DNA from: Gnetum montanum
Lineage: Eukaryota > Plantae > Gnetophyta
Direction: 5' to 3'
NCBI GenBank assembly: GCA_015680685.1
Contig: MNCI01001083.1
Coordinates: 591,158-655,157 of the forward strand
Length of the DNA: 64,000 nucleotides
Positions within the stretch are counted from its first letter, which is position 1; each line of letters starts with the position of its first letter. The notes under the pieces were generated by a model. It made no database searches, was not told the DNA's origin, and saw only the letters and a program-made list of their open reading frames with translations. Position numbers and translations under genes: made by a program. Of the stretch, positions 24,361 to 37,900 are shown piece after piece.

Positions 24361-26689
24361 AGAACATTGCTAAAACCATGTCTTAACACTTAGAATTTCC
24401 TTATGAAATTTGCAAAACATCTTAGTTGGGGGTGAAATTAGCCATTGTTAAAAAATTTAAAACATTTGTTAAATTCATTTAGAGATTTGGAAACAATCGT
24501 GTTGCAACTTCCATAGCCATCAATCACTATAGCCAAAACATCATAATCAAATTATGCCTTAGTTCAGACCATATATCAATGTAGGAAAACCTCAAAAAAC
24601 TAGAAATAGCCATAGCAAAAACATCACTAAAAATAGTAAAAAGTTTTTATCTTTTATGAAATCTATTTTAGAGCATAGCTAATATGTTTTGGCATCCCTA
24701 GTAACATGGGATATTGATAAGAAAAATTCTTAAGCATGTCAACATTGCCATCTCTAAGGGGTAAAGTTGATAGAACTAGAAATTAAGCCTAATTAATGCA
24801 ACCTTAGTTAGAATCATTAAAAATTCATCCTAGCTTCGATTTCAATGATTCCACCATAGAAGGAATCTTGAAATCACAATAGTTTTAGCCATAATTAGTA
24901 TAATGGAAAATTTGCAACCACTACTACGTGAGACATAGCCAAAATTGCACAATTGTAGTCGTCAACATAAACCCCCTTTTGTGTAGGGTTGGAAAAAATT
25001 TGTCAAAAATTCATTGGAGCTCCAAATGGAGTTATTCCACCACTTTTTGAAACCTTGAATCAATCCCTACATACCTACATTTAGCAAAAGTTCAAAAAAT
25101 TTCTTATTTTTTGAAAAAGTCATGAAGATTCATGAAAATTTGAAAAATGACACAAGCCTTAACCGCACAAGCTAACTAAAACAACCATAACTTCGTCATT
25201 ACCAATCCAAATTGAAAAAAAAATCATAATCAAGGGAAACCTTAAACATAACAGTAAAGGCTCATAACCTTAGATCTTGGAAATCCCTAGCAATTTTCAT
25301 AACAAAAAATTCATAACTTTGCTTGCTTTTTTCACCAAAATATTCATTAAAGAACACAAAATTTGTAAAACCTAATTTAATTTAGCCATGGATTAAAGCC
25401 AAACATGCAACAAACCTTAAATCTACATGAAAAACGATCAAAATAGAGGATGGGATTTTGTTAAAATTGAAATTTGACAAGTATTGCAACTTAGATTTGA
25501 CAAAACCAACTCCACCACCAAATTTATGGAAAAAGCACATGGAACAACAAATCTAACTTTAAAATCGAATCAATTGAAGCATAAATAAAGAAAAAACCTT
25601 AGATATATCTAGAAACCATAAAAATACAAGGTGGCATTTCATTAGGATTTTATTTTATCAATTTACTTAGCATAGATCTAGAAAAAATGGCCCCTACCCT
25701 GGTAAGGAAAGTATAAAAATAACTAGGAGACTCAAGAAAAATGGCTAGGAATGGCCTATCTTGGAGTGGTCATAGAAGATGCTTGGATATTGACCAGCTT
25801 GCATAGTTTGGAGATTTTCTTTGTAGCCTCATTTGCCTCTTGAATCCTTGGATTTATACTACTGCATCTAAGCTCCTTCATCTTTGCTCCAACAACATTG
25901 AAAGGGCTAGGAAATCTAGAAGGTTGAGGCATCTACATTGGCTAGGAAGAAGATCTGGTGCTTCCACGCTGAAGAGTGGATGGTGTTTGCTACAAGAGTC
26001 TTAATTAGAGCTCTCCTCTAGTGCATAGTATGTTGAAATGAGAGTTATGATAGCTGTTTATAACAAATTTGATCATAAAAATAAGATTCAAACTTAAATA
26101 CTTTTACTTATGCCCATGTTGCCAATTTGGTGCACTGGAACTCAACATGCATTGATGTGCAAGGTTGGGGGGTGGGGGCAGGGGAAAGGTGGGGTGAGGA
26201 GTCTTCTCTACATTGAGAATTATGGAAAATAAAATACAAGTTTAAATTTTTAAATTTTTGGTAGTGGGCCCCATCATACGTCCTCATGCATGATGTTCTA
26301 AGCTAGGAAACACCATCCATGCTGTAGGTTTGTCCCCTTGGAACACCCATGACCATGAAAAAACCCATCCACCTTTGTATCCATGCTAGGAAGCATGTAG
26401 CCAATGTGGATACCATCCTCCATTACCTCATAGTATTCCCACACTGACTCCCTTGCCATTTTTGGCAGTTATGGCCTACATCATCCAACACCAAACTTTG
26501 AAAGGGGTTTAGATCTTAACAAAAGTTGACATTTTGGGCGTAACATCCATACTTATTTTTTAGTGCTCATCAAACCTAGATATTACCCTCGGGGTGGACC
26601 CACAAGACCTAGAATCTTTCTAGTCACCTCCAGTAGCCTTGAAACCTCATCAAACCTAGTCAAAAGTGCTTAAAACTTTCAAATTTGGT

Positions 26690-28960
26690 TAATCCATGCT
26701 GGGGGGGGGGGGGGGGGGGCGACGCTCCCTCCATGCAAGCTAGCATGGAGTGAGTGTGTATGGGTGGGGGAGGCCTTGAATAGCCAAAACTAACCACCTA
26801 ATTATTGCTTTTGGACCTACAAACACCTTGACAACCTTTGGTAGCCTAATTTTGTTTTAAAACAAGTCAATTTCACACCTATATCCTTCTCCATGTTGGT
26901 GAACCCCTCCTCCATGCTACCTAGCATGGAGGAAATGTGGAAGCCCAATGGGTATGTAAAAAACCTAGTTTTTGGCCAAAAATTTCCTACCCTAGTGAAT
27001 TCTAGACCTTATTGGAGCATGGCAAAGCCTTCAAACAACTTGAAATTGATCAAAAATGGAAAAAATGCCATCACCCCCTCCCATCCATGTAGGGGCCACC
27101 TTTCCGAGCATGGAGAAAAGGGGGGATTATTGCATGGACACTTAGGAGGCTTCAAACTAATGGATTTCAATGCCAAATCTTAACCCTCGATCCCTTATAG
27201 CCCCAATAGCCTTTAAACCTCATCAAATCCTATCAAAATTAGCTCAAAACTTGAATCCAAGTTCATCCACATTAGGGAAGCCTCTCTTCCATGCTAGCCA
27301 GCATGGATAAAGGGGGGAATAGTCAAAACTTCTAGGATTAGCCTTGAAATGGGCTTCTGTTGACTATCCAACCTTCTCGAAGGCTCTAGCAACTAAAACT
27401 TGGTAAAAATCATCCCATTTCAAGATCTTTCTAGCTTCCACACTAAGCACCCATTTATTCCATGCTAGCTAGTGTTGAGCCACCATGTATGCAATTATGA
27501 AGGTTCCTAAGAGATCACAAACACTTCAACACAATACCACATTGCCACCACACTAGTTGACAATAATCAAAAAATGAAAAAATCTAGTTCCCCAAGGTCC
27601 TCCATTCTCGGTAGCATGGAGCCACTATTGAATAAGGGGGTAAACCTGAAAACCATCTAAAAACTCTTACCAAGACTCGATCCTAGGCTTTAATAATGAA
27701 CATAAAAAAACCTAAAGATGTGCATGCATAACCAAAATTGATTAAAAATTGCCAAAATATGATTGCTTTTAATCCTCCACATTGGATCTACACTAGCTAG
27801 CATGGAGCTAGTGTCGAACTAAGGGGGTAGCTCATAAAACCACTTAGAAACCATTCAAATTACCTAATTTTGACCCTAAACCTTAGCCCTTGATACTGAC
27901 AACCTTAGGAGCTAACATGCATGGTTGATTGCTACTAAAATTGGCCTAGATCTAATATTTATGATTTATCCATGCTACGAACCCCATCTTCCATGCTAGC
28001 CAACATGGATGAGTTGCCTTTTTTCCTTTGATAGCAGATCGACATTCTAGGAGACCAAAAATCTACACCAAAAAGCTTAACATCTTAAAGCCTCAAGTTT
28101 ATGCTTGTTAGATCCTATTTTGGCTATTGAATCTCATCAAATCCCATGCTTCACGTAGGAGAAACCTTCTCAACGTGGATCAAGGGGATGGGGGATAACC
28201 TTGCATGGCATTAAATAGCCCCTAAAATTAGATAAAATCAGTGAAAAACTTGAGAAATCATAATTTGCAGCTCTAGGGGCCTAGAAGCTTGCTTGATTTG
28301 CTCGCCAAACCAACCTAGGACTAAAAAGTAAGGGTACCACCTTTGCTCCATGATGGCTAGCATGGATCTAGCATGGTGACTATCCCAGACTTGATTTAAC
28401 CCTTAAAACCCTACCTAAATGACTTCAAAACATAGCTAGGGGATGCAAAACTACTAGATCTTGGTTCCAAATGCTCGTCCAACCCTATTTGACCTTGTTT
28501 TGGCTTAGATTTGGATCCTCTATGCTAAGCCCCCTCCCATCCATGCTAGCTAGTGTGGAGATAAAGAGATGTAGATTGAAAGCTTACTTTTTGACCATTT
28601 TTGACCTTCAAAGTGACCAATTTCAATAGATCTAGCCTTGAATTATCTTAGGAAGGCTTTAGAATCCAAATTTTGACCTCTTGATGTCATGTAACATACT
28701 TCCCTTGGTCTTCATGTTGGCTAGTGTAGATCTAGTGTGGAAGATATTTTTAGGCTTCAATGAAAAATTTTGGGGGTTAAAACTAGTGCCAAAAGTAGCT
28801 TATTCCCTTCCCCAATCAATTGTGCTAACATGCAAGCTATAAAAAGTTAAAAACTAGCCAAAACCAACTTGGAAAACTATTTGGATGCTTCATCCATGTT
28901 GGGGATCATCCCTTCCACACTGGCTAGTGTAGGCCAACGTGGGTCTAGTGTGGAAGATTT
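26690..28960. repeat. Degenerate ~180-190-bp-period array of the palindrome TCCATGCTAGCTAGCATGGA (inferred ancestor TCCACGCCGGCCGGCGTGGA)
   Basis: Motif copies at ~26730, 26911, 27288, 27459, 27601, 27788, 27990, 28347, 28540, 28711 and 28914, with weaker ones at ~27100 and ~28170. Confidence 0.8.
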
Positions 28961-29576
28961 AAAAGCCTTGCTTTTTTAGTCTAAATAGCCTTGAAATGGC
29001 CTCTCTTGATGCCCAACCTTATCCAATAGCCTTGTAGCCTCAAACCATGGTCTGCTAAGGCATAAAATTGGAAAAATCTAAATCTTTTGACCATTTTTTA
29101 ATAGAGATTCACTATATGTATCCCACTTTACCTTATTTAGCCTTGTTTCATCATATCATGACCTATTTTGACCATTGATGTATTGGTGATCTTATTTGGC
29201 CTCAATACTATCTCTAGTTCAATGTATTTACTTTATTCTCTATATTATAGCCTTATATAGCCATTGATTGGTATTGAATGGTGGGGTTTGACCTTCCTTG
29301 ACCACCATTTAGCACCATGTGACCATGGCCCTCTAAGGCTTAAAACTTGCATCATGGCTTGCCAAGGCCTGAAATTGGCAAGCTTGGGACCTTAGTTGAC
29401 CATATTTTAGCCTTGTTTAGCCTTTTATTGGACTTTTTTTAGCCTTCATGTCATCTTATTAATCTCTTTCTATCTCTTATAGTCTTATAAAACCTTGTTC
29501 CCTTATGTTTGCACTTTATAGCATGCATTTGCATTATTTTATAGATTCTTGATATTATTTACTGATATTTACCTAG

Positions 29577-32500
29577 GTGCCACTAAATGTGCTTATGGTT
29601 GGTATGCAAGAGTTAAGTATGAGCACCTGGAAGTAGATTAGTTTGCCTTTTAGCCTAAGTGACCTTATGATGTTGTAGAATGATGTATTAACCTTGATTG
29701 TCTAGATCTTGAGCCTGAGATTCTTATTGACCACATAGCCTCTATTGAGAAACCTCTAGAATGGCTTGAAAACCTTGGTAAGACCCTTGACCTAGAGGTT
29801 GGTGACATTATTGAAGACCCTCTCATTGAGGTTCTTGTTACAACACATAGTGAAGAGGAGAAAACCCTAAACCTAAGTTTCTCACTAGAACCTCAATAGG
29901 CTCAAGACATCACGAAGGTCCTACAGGACAATGTTAAGGTCTTTTCCTAGTCATATGAAGATATGCTAGGCCTAGACTTATGCTTAGTGAAAAAAACATC
30001 ATACTTGACATTAGCATTAGACCAGTTAAGAAAAAATTTTGCAAGATTAGACTTGATTTGGCCCTGGCAATCTATGATGAAATCATTAAACTCTAACAAG
30101 CTAGTTTCATTAAAGCTATTGACTATGTAGAATGGGTGTTCAACATAATGGTAGTTCCTATGAATAATGGGAGTATCCATATTTGCATCTATTTCTAAGA
30201 CCTAAATAAGGCAAGAATCAGGGATGACTTTCTTTTGCCTAGTATTAATCAACTTATTGATACTACAGTTGGACAGGCCTTATTATCCTTTATGAACAGG
30301 TTCTCAGGATATAACCATATTAGGATCAATCCAAAGCACCAACTTAGCATAACTTTCATGATCGCTTAGGGTACCTTTTGCTATATCATGATGCCCTTTG
30401 GTCTAAAGAACATGGGAGCAACCTACCAAAGAGCTATGATGTATATCTTTAGTGGCTACATGTTAGATTTGCTCAACGATTACATAGATGATATATTTGT
30501 TAAGTCCAAAGTGGTTAGTGACCATGCTAATGACCTAGAAAATGTACTTAAACTATGCCTTAAGTATGAACTTATGCTCAATCCGAAAAAATGTGTCTTC
30601 AGTCTCAACACTGGTAAGATGCTTGGCTTTGTAGTATTTGAAGTAGGGATACATGTCAAGCCTAATAAGGTTAAGGCCATATCCAAGTTAGCAGTGCCTA
30701 CTAACATTAAGGATCTTTAGGGATTATAAGGCAGATTCCAATTTATCCATAGGTTTATTGCTAGGGTTACAGATAAGTTACAATCCATGCAAAACTTACT
30801 TAAGAAAGGGGTTCACTATGAGTGGATGGCTCAATGCTAAGAGGTCTTTGAAAACCTTAAGAGTTGGCACATTCGTTGATGGTCTATCCTCCATAAGAGG
30901 GTAAACCATTCTACATCTACCTTGTCATCTCTAACACTTTCATTACTTTTCTACTCTATTAGAAATGTGATGATGGAGTAGAGAGTCTAGTATACTACAT
31001 CAACCATGCATTAGTTGCCCATGAGACATGATACATTGAAGTGGAGAAGTATTGTCTAGCACTAGTCTTCTCATTGAAGAAGTGGAGACACTACCTCTTT
31101 AGAAGCCAGGTCAATGTCATTTGCAAAGATAATGTGCTTAGAGCCATAACAACCAACATATATGAGAATAGCCATATAGCTCGATGGAAAGCCATAACAG
31201 TAGAGTTTGACATTCATTACATCTCTCAATCTTAAATAAAAGGTCAAGCTATAGCTATCCAACTCATGAGATCACCCATTGATGATCAAGAAACCATCCT
31301 GAGTTCCTTGATGAACATCTCAACATTGTTAGCTAAGTGCCTGAGGATTATGAGGCAGTTATGCACTTTGACAGAACTTCAACTTCCCATGGGGCTAGTG
31401 CTACTCCCATCATAACATTCCCATCCAGTGAAATCTGATCCTTTGCCTCATGCTTTGAATTTCCATGTACCAACAACATAGTAGAGTATGAAGGTTTGAT
31501 TAGGGAAATGATGGTAGCTTGTGACATTGGAATTAAGTGATTAATGATGAAAGGTGACTCACAACTTGTGGCCAATCAAGTAGCTGGTGTTTATGCATGT
31601 AAAGCCAAACATCTACAACCTTACTGTGGCCTAGGAAAGCAACTATTGCAAAAATTTCCAGATGTGGACATCCAACACATACCTCAAAATGAAAATGCCA
31701 AAGCTAATGCCATTACAACATTAGCCCTTAGTGTTATGCCAAATCTATTTATTAAGTTATCCACCTTAACTATGAATTGTGCTATACACATCATGTAGAG
31801 TGCTAAGGATACCTTTGTGGCCATGGTTCATGTTGCTCCTATCAAGGAGTGGTATGATGATATCAAATTTTACATTATGCATGGTGAATCTTTGCAAGGC
31901 ATGATTGTTACTTAAAAAGATGTTGTATGTAAATGATCCAAATAATATGTCATAATAGGTAATAACATGTTATGTCAATGGTCCTATGATGTCATATTGT
32001 TAGTGTGCTTAGGTAAAATTGAGGCTAGAACAGTCCTAGAGTAGGTTCACAAAGATGTTTGTGGAGGACATATAGGACTTAGAGCCATGGTCATCAAAAT
32101 TAGATGGCTAGGTTACTATTGATCCTATATGGAAACCTGCCTACAAAAGGTTAAAAATTGTGACACATGCTAGTGACGTATCAATCTTATTCATTTATAA
32201 CTAATTGAGTTGCATACTACTCAAATGACTTGGTTGTGTCAACAATGGTGGTTGGATATCATTAGACCTATAATGCCTAAGTCTTTTGTAGGGCATAGCC
32301 TAGACATTAAGCATTCTTTCTCATCACCTTATTATCCATAAGCCAATGGATAGGTAGAAGAAAGAAACAAGGCCATCATCAACTTGCTCAAGAAGATGCT
32401 CAATAATAATAAGTGCAAGTGGCATGAGTAGCTTGTCCATGCACTTTGGGCCTATTGGAAAACTTATTGTACGACAACTAGTGTAATACCTTATAGCCTA

Positions 32501-32899
32501 GTTTATGGCTCTAAAGCCATTTTAACTCTTGAATTACAAGTGTCATTGCTTTAAGTAGCCTTGATTGACTTCATTAATGATGAATAAAGTAAAGGGTTGC
32601 AAATCGCAAACTTGGACTCGGTGAAGGAGTAATAAGTGTAGACACTTGCTCACATCGAGTAGTATCAAGAGAGGTAGAAATGAAAACACCATCATAACTT
32701 AACCAAGAATAAGATCAAGGAAAGTGATATGGTCCTCAAAGCCATCTACAAGCATGCGGATAAATTCTTAGATAACTAAGAAGGGCTCTTCATAGTCACC
32801 AAAGCCTATGACAACATAGCATTTAGGATTGCAAACATTCACAAGAATGAGTTGGCTAATCCAATTAATCATTCCTATCTTAAGCCATATTACATGTAG
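29577..32899 (+). pseudogene. RT, RNase H, additional archaeal-type RNase H and integrase of element C
   Basis: RT MPFGLKNMGATYQRAM..YIDDIFVKS; RH EKYCLALVFSLKKWRHYL; aRH MHFD..CTNNIVEYEGLI..GDSQLVANQV..HIPQNENAKANA; integrase with the core partly deleted at ~32300, ending LKPYYM*. Confidence 0.92.
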
Positions 32900-33837
32900 C
32901 CTAAAATGACCTTCATAGCCAACATCAAGCAAGCATGTATGAATATTTTGATGTCCTGTTGAGCCTTAAACTAGCACCATAGTCCACTATGAACTTAAAG
33001 TAGTAACATGGCTTGCTAGGGCCTTAAATTGGTACTCTAGCCCACCATGGCCTTAAATTGGCAACTTTGGTATCCTAGGTGGCTTTGGATTTATTCTTCA
33101 TCTCATCATGCTATGTGCTTTGTATGCATTGTAACATTATAACATGCTCTATTTGCTTGGTTTTCTTATCTTCTTAGAGTTATGTTTGTAGGATGAAGCT
33201 TGAAGCCATCGCAGAGGTGTAACCCATCATGGTAACAAGCCATCACATGAACTTGATACACAAGATTTGGTGAGTTCATATCTTTGTGTCAAGCATGTGT
33301 ATACCATTATCCTCCATCTTGTACCACTCCTTGGGCCCAACCCCATAGCTTGATTATAACCTTCTATACCTTGAGCAACAATGTTAACCAATATATGACA
33401 TTCATGCATTTGTGGCCATATCCTTTTGTCATGCTTTACCTCCAAGTCCACTTGAATGTAATACATCTTATTTAGTGGAAAATCATTAAGTCCATTGGAT
33501 GTAACACATCTCATTCAATGGGAAAACTCCAAGTCCGTTGAGTGTAACAAAAGTCACTGAATGAGAAAACCAGATCTACTCAACCTTGGAGAAGAGACCC
33601 AATGAAGATTTCACCCCATAGAGAAAAACGAAAGAGAAATGGAGATGCAAATTGCCAAGCTTGATGGCTAGTAAAGAGTAATATCTCTAAATATAAAGGA
33701 AGAGTCTAATGGCCAAAGAAACCTTGGAGTGAAAGTGTTGGTTTCTCAAACACAAAAAGTATATAATCTAAGGTTTCTAATCTACATGTTAGTGCAATGC
33801 TATAGCCCTGGTGTCAAAATTTAGAATGCATTGTTAG

Positions 33838-34764
33838 TGATGAGTCATAGTTTTGTGGGCTCCATTGATGAGGCCTTGTCAATGTGGCCTTATCAACTAG
33901 GCCTTGCTGATGAGGCCTTGTCACTGCATCATATCATGCGTCAACAAGGTCTCGTTGATGCAGTGTCCTTATTTTTCCTATAAATATGTGCCTACTAGCC
34001 ACATTTATGGCATCCAGATTTTAGTAGTAGTAAAGCTCTTGTAGTTTTTTCATTTGAGAGTTAGAATTTTTCTCTCGAGTGCCCATAACAAGAGTCATTT
34101 AGTGTACGGATCTTTATTCGAGCATTGTTGTACCTAAGCACAATAGTGTGTGCAACAATAAAGATGAGCTTTCTAATAAACCTTGTAGCACTTTGGATAG
34201 ATTAAATATTTCTTTTATGCATTTAATATTTTCAATTATTTATTAAATTATTTTCAGTAATTAAGCTAATGAAGCAATTAAGTAAGTTAAGTGAGATAGA
34301 TTAAACACATAATTATGACTAGTTTGAGTGTAATGCATATTTTCTTGGTAATCTCAATAGTGTTATTACTTGGTATGCCAAGTAGCATAGCACTTGGTAG
34401 CCCAACAGTGGATACGTGGGTTCAAGATGTGTGCAAAAAGTAGGACTAGATGCTTATGTTAGGACTACTTAGACACTAGTTAATTAGTTAATTTAAAGTA
34501 GTTAAATCTAATTACTTTTATATTCCTTTGAACACTAAACCATGAAACACAAAATGATAAAAATTAGATGACTCAAATTACACTTAGCCATACTAGTGTA
34601 CGTCACAAGTGTAATTGGAAAGATAACGATTGACATTAAGGCAAAGATTCACTCCCTAGAGGACTACTACATAGGAAACTACAAAGTTTGTGGAATTTGA
34701 TTGGATCACATGTGAACGCTTGTGATTCATATGGTTGGGCATAGGGGTACCTTGTCATTCATCA
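33838..34764 (+). repeat. 5' LTR of element D
   Basis: TGATGAG...TTCATCA, TATAAATA ~33979; 7 mismatches to the 3' LTR in a 60-bp sample. Confidence 0.95.
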
Positions 34765-34765
34765 T

Positions 34766-34783
34766 TGGCATCGTTGCTGGGAA
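34766..34783 (+). promoter_or_regulatory. PBS (tRNA-Asp type, Athila)
   Basis: TGGCATCGTTGCTGGGAA is a deaminated form of TGGCGCCGTTGCCGGGGA. Confidence 0.8.
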
Positions 34784-34916
34784 CTTTGTTTGTTGAAGCA
34801 TGCACTATCTAGGATTAGTGAATATTATTTATATTATTGGATGAACTCAAGGTCAACATCACTTACAACAACGTATAAACTACTAAGCACACTAATAATT
34901 TTATTCATTTTACAAA

Positions 34917-37900
34917 ATGTCTTCTTCTTTCCATAGATGTGAAGATTTCAAACCGCCAGCCCCATAGGAGTGCAAAGTGGTATATACTCATCCAGATGAG
35001 TATGCACCAAGCTTCACCTTCATCCTACATTAGGATGAACAATTGCGATGGTGTGATATGGAGGGAAACATTGTCTTGCCCCCCAATGGATTTGTACCTA
35101 GGATGCTGCTTAAAACTCTTCAGAAGTTGGGCATTCCAGATCTTCACGAAGAATATGTTGTGGATGGTTATGAAACTTGGGATTATCATCCCACTAAAAC
35201 AAAACGTAGGTGAGATTGACATCGGAGGAAGCACCACGAGTTTACAAAGGGGAAGTACTTTAGTAATCCATTATTCCTACTAAACTAAAATGATAATGAG
35301 GATCCTCCTCCTGAAGGTTCTTAACATGAAGATTCTTCATCCCTTCTTATTGGTAATGAGGGTGTGACCCTGAACTTGCGATCAACTATTCATAAAATAG
35401 GTTCAGGAAAAAGTGACAATCAAGGTAGGGACTCAAGTAAACATCACAATAGCAAGGGATCTAAGGATGGTGATTGTAATAAATGAAACATTGGTGGTGG
35501 ATACCATAGTGGCAGTGGTGGTCCACCTTCCTCTCCATCCTCTTCATTCAATTCTAAACATTCGTCTTCATCTTCCAGTTCTCATAGAAGCTCCTATCAA
35601 ATGAATCGTGTTGAAGGTAATTAATGAGATAATAATGACTGTGAAGGCCACCAAGATTGAAGGGGTGGCTGAAACCATCATCGACATCATCAACACAGCG
35701 ATGATGAAGAACCTTTGTTGGTGACTCGAAGCATGCTCAACATTGCAGAGGTAATTAGAATTCCAACTAGGCATATGAAAGATAGTAGGATCAAGCAAGT
35801 AGACATGAATAATATCTCAAGGTTTGAGGGAGGATATAACTCTGATCCGCAGACACATCTACAAGCTTTCCATGGTGCCTATGCCTTACAAAACATAGAA
35901 AATGAATGGTAGAAACTGAAGCTCTTCCCTAGGACACTCATCAAGGAAGCTGAAAGTTGGTACTGGTCCTTGGAACCAGAATCCATTCACCAATGGAGTA
36001 CCATGTTACAGTTATTTAATGAAAAATACTAGACATACTTTAGAGTGTCTAATTTGAAAAGAAAAATTCAAAGCTGGAAACAGGGAACACATGAACCCTT
36101 GGATGTTGCCATGGGTAGATACTATTCACCCTTACACTGATGCCCCATCCATGGTTATTCTTAGAGAAAACAACTTCACCACATCATAGATGGGCTCAGA
36201 GTAGAAACTAGAACTCTTGGGGTGTATGCCTAAGGAAGACTGTCTAAACTAAGAGCTCATCAGATCGAAAGGCTAATTGAGTAGGTAATAAAGAAGAAGA
36301 TGAGCTACAAAAAAGAGAAAGTGCAAAAGAGTATAATAGGGATCCTTCCATTAGAAAATGGGATGTCTAATTTTGTGATAAGGAGGAGTCACCACTTGAT
36401 GAAGTGGTGAATAGGAAAACCTTACTCATCCAAAAAATTGTTTCTCATATTTTGCCAAAGGTTGATAAATTATGGGACTCTTTGGATGAAAACTTTCAAA
36501 CTACTATGAAGATCGTTGAAGAATCCAAAGAGAAAAATAGTGATCATAACCATAGGAGGCAAAAAGAAGTTGAACATGCCTACCAAAGAGGTAAGGGCAA
36601 AGTTGCTGCTATAGAGGAAATTGTGGGGATAGACTTCGAGGATGATGCTAATTGTGACATTTGTCAATATGAGCATCCAAAGGGTTGTTTCCCTGTGGTG
36701 TCACACTTACAAGAGTCTGGGGTTTATGCATTGAATCCTTAACTAACATGTAGGCAAGCACCTAGATGATTGCCTTATCCTCAAGGCAATCCAAGGTAGT
36801 TCCACTAGCAATAATAAGCTTACTACACAAGTGGAGCTCCACCATAACCTTATGAACAATATCAACAATGGTACCAACCACAATCATGGGAAATGCCACT
36901 ACCAAGGTAGTAGAACCCTTATAGGCAACCAAATTCAAATGGGTACTATGTTCAACAACCCATTTTTCCAAGAAGTTTTGCAAGTCATACCTCATTTTAG
37001 CATCACTATTACCTTTTAGAGTATCACTGAACACATTCATCATCTGCTTGAGGGGGGAACCCATATTCATACCACCCTCTGCATCTGTCTACACACATAG
37101 CTTCACCTTGAATCCATTTACCTCCTACTTCATCCATGCAAGGTGAGATTCCTCCATAGCCATAACAATGAAATGCTACAAGGGTTGTACATTCACAACT
37201 GGCTTTTTAGCTGAGTGGTTTAGACAATCGATCTAGAAAAAGATCCTTCTTTTGACCTAGCAGTCCTCTCTAACCCTCACAACCTAATACGGTTGATCAT
37301 CCTGCACCTCCAATACCCTCATCCTCTACATCAAATACCTTCAAGTTCCGTTCAAACCAAGTGCCACCTCGAATTTATGCCGTAATGCTAACTCATGCTA
37401 TTTTCGACTAGATCAAGGTTAGCAATGTTCCCATCAAAAGATCTGACCCAGGAAGTCTGCTCATTTACCTATAGATTGTTAGACATGAGCCAAGTAAGGA
37501 TTTTTTAATTCTGGTTCTAGAGCTAATCTCATTTCCCATGACATGTACAAGGCCTGGAGCCTACCACCTCTCAAGAAGAGCAACATCCATCTATAATTGG
37601 TAGATCAGTTAATTACTGTTCCTATGGGATTAGTATAGGACATTATGATCACAGTTTGTGGGTGGTTCTATCTTATTAATTTTCTAGTGATCAAGGTTAA
37701 GAACTGCAAAAGTGACTTCCCCATCATTATGGGAAGAGCTTGGTTAAGCATAGTGAACGCACATATGGGCATAAGGGATCTCTCTCTAGAAATCTCCAAA
37801 GAAAATGAAATGGGCAAGATAGAGAAGTGCATTCCATGCATCGCATATAGTGATAACGAGTGCAATTGTGTGCAAAATATATGGTCTATTAAAAGTACAT

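Larger units (their letters stand above)
19966..29576 (+). other. ~9.6-kb intron-like segment separating protease from RT in element C
   Basis: Coding similarity stops at TTAAGT (one mismatch to GTAAGT) followed by U-rich sequence. It resumes after ACTGAT...TTTACCTAG (29576) with a frame leading into VFS*SYEDMLGLD. No LTR, TIR or TSD seen at the edges. Confidence 0.6.

Noticed and set aside
26690-28960. Regularly spaced palindromic repeats resembling a CRISPR array
   Set aside because: Spacers are ~160 bp, repeats are highly degenerate, there are no cas genes, and the context is a eukaryotic retrotransposon.
19966-29576. Independent nested transposon splitting element C
   Set aside because: No LTR, TIR or TSD at the edges, and it shares motifs with element C's LTR and 3' UTR. 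Not fully excluded without sibling copies.
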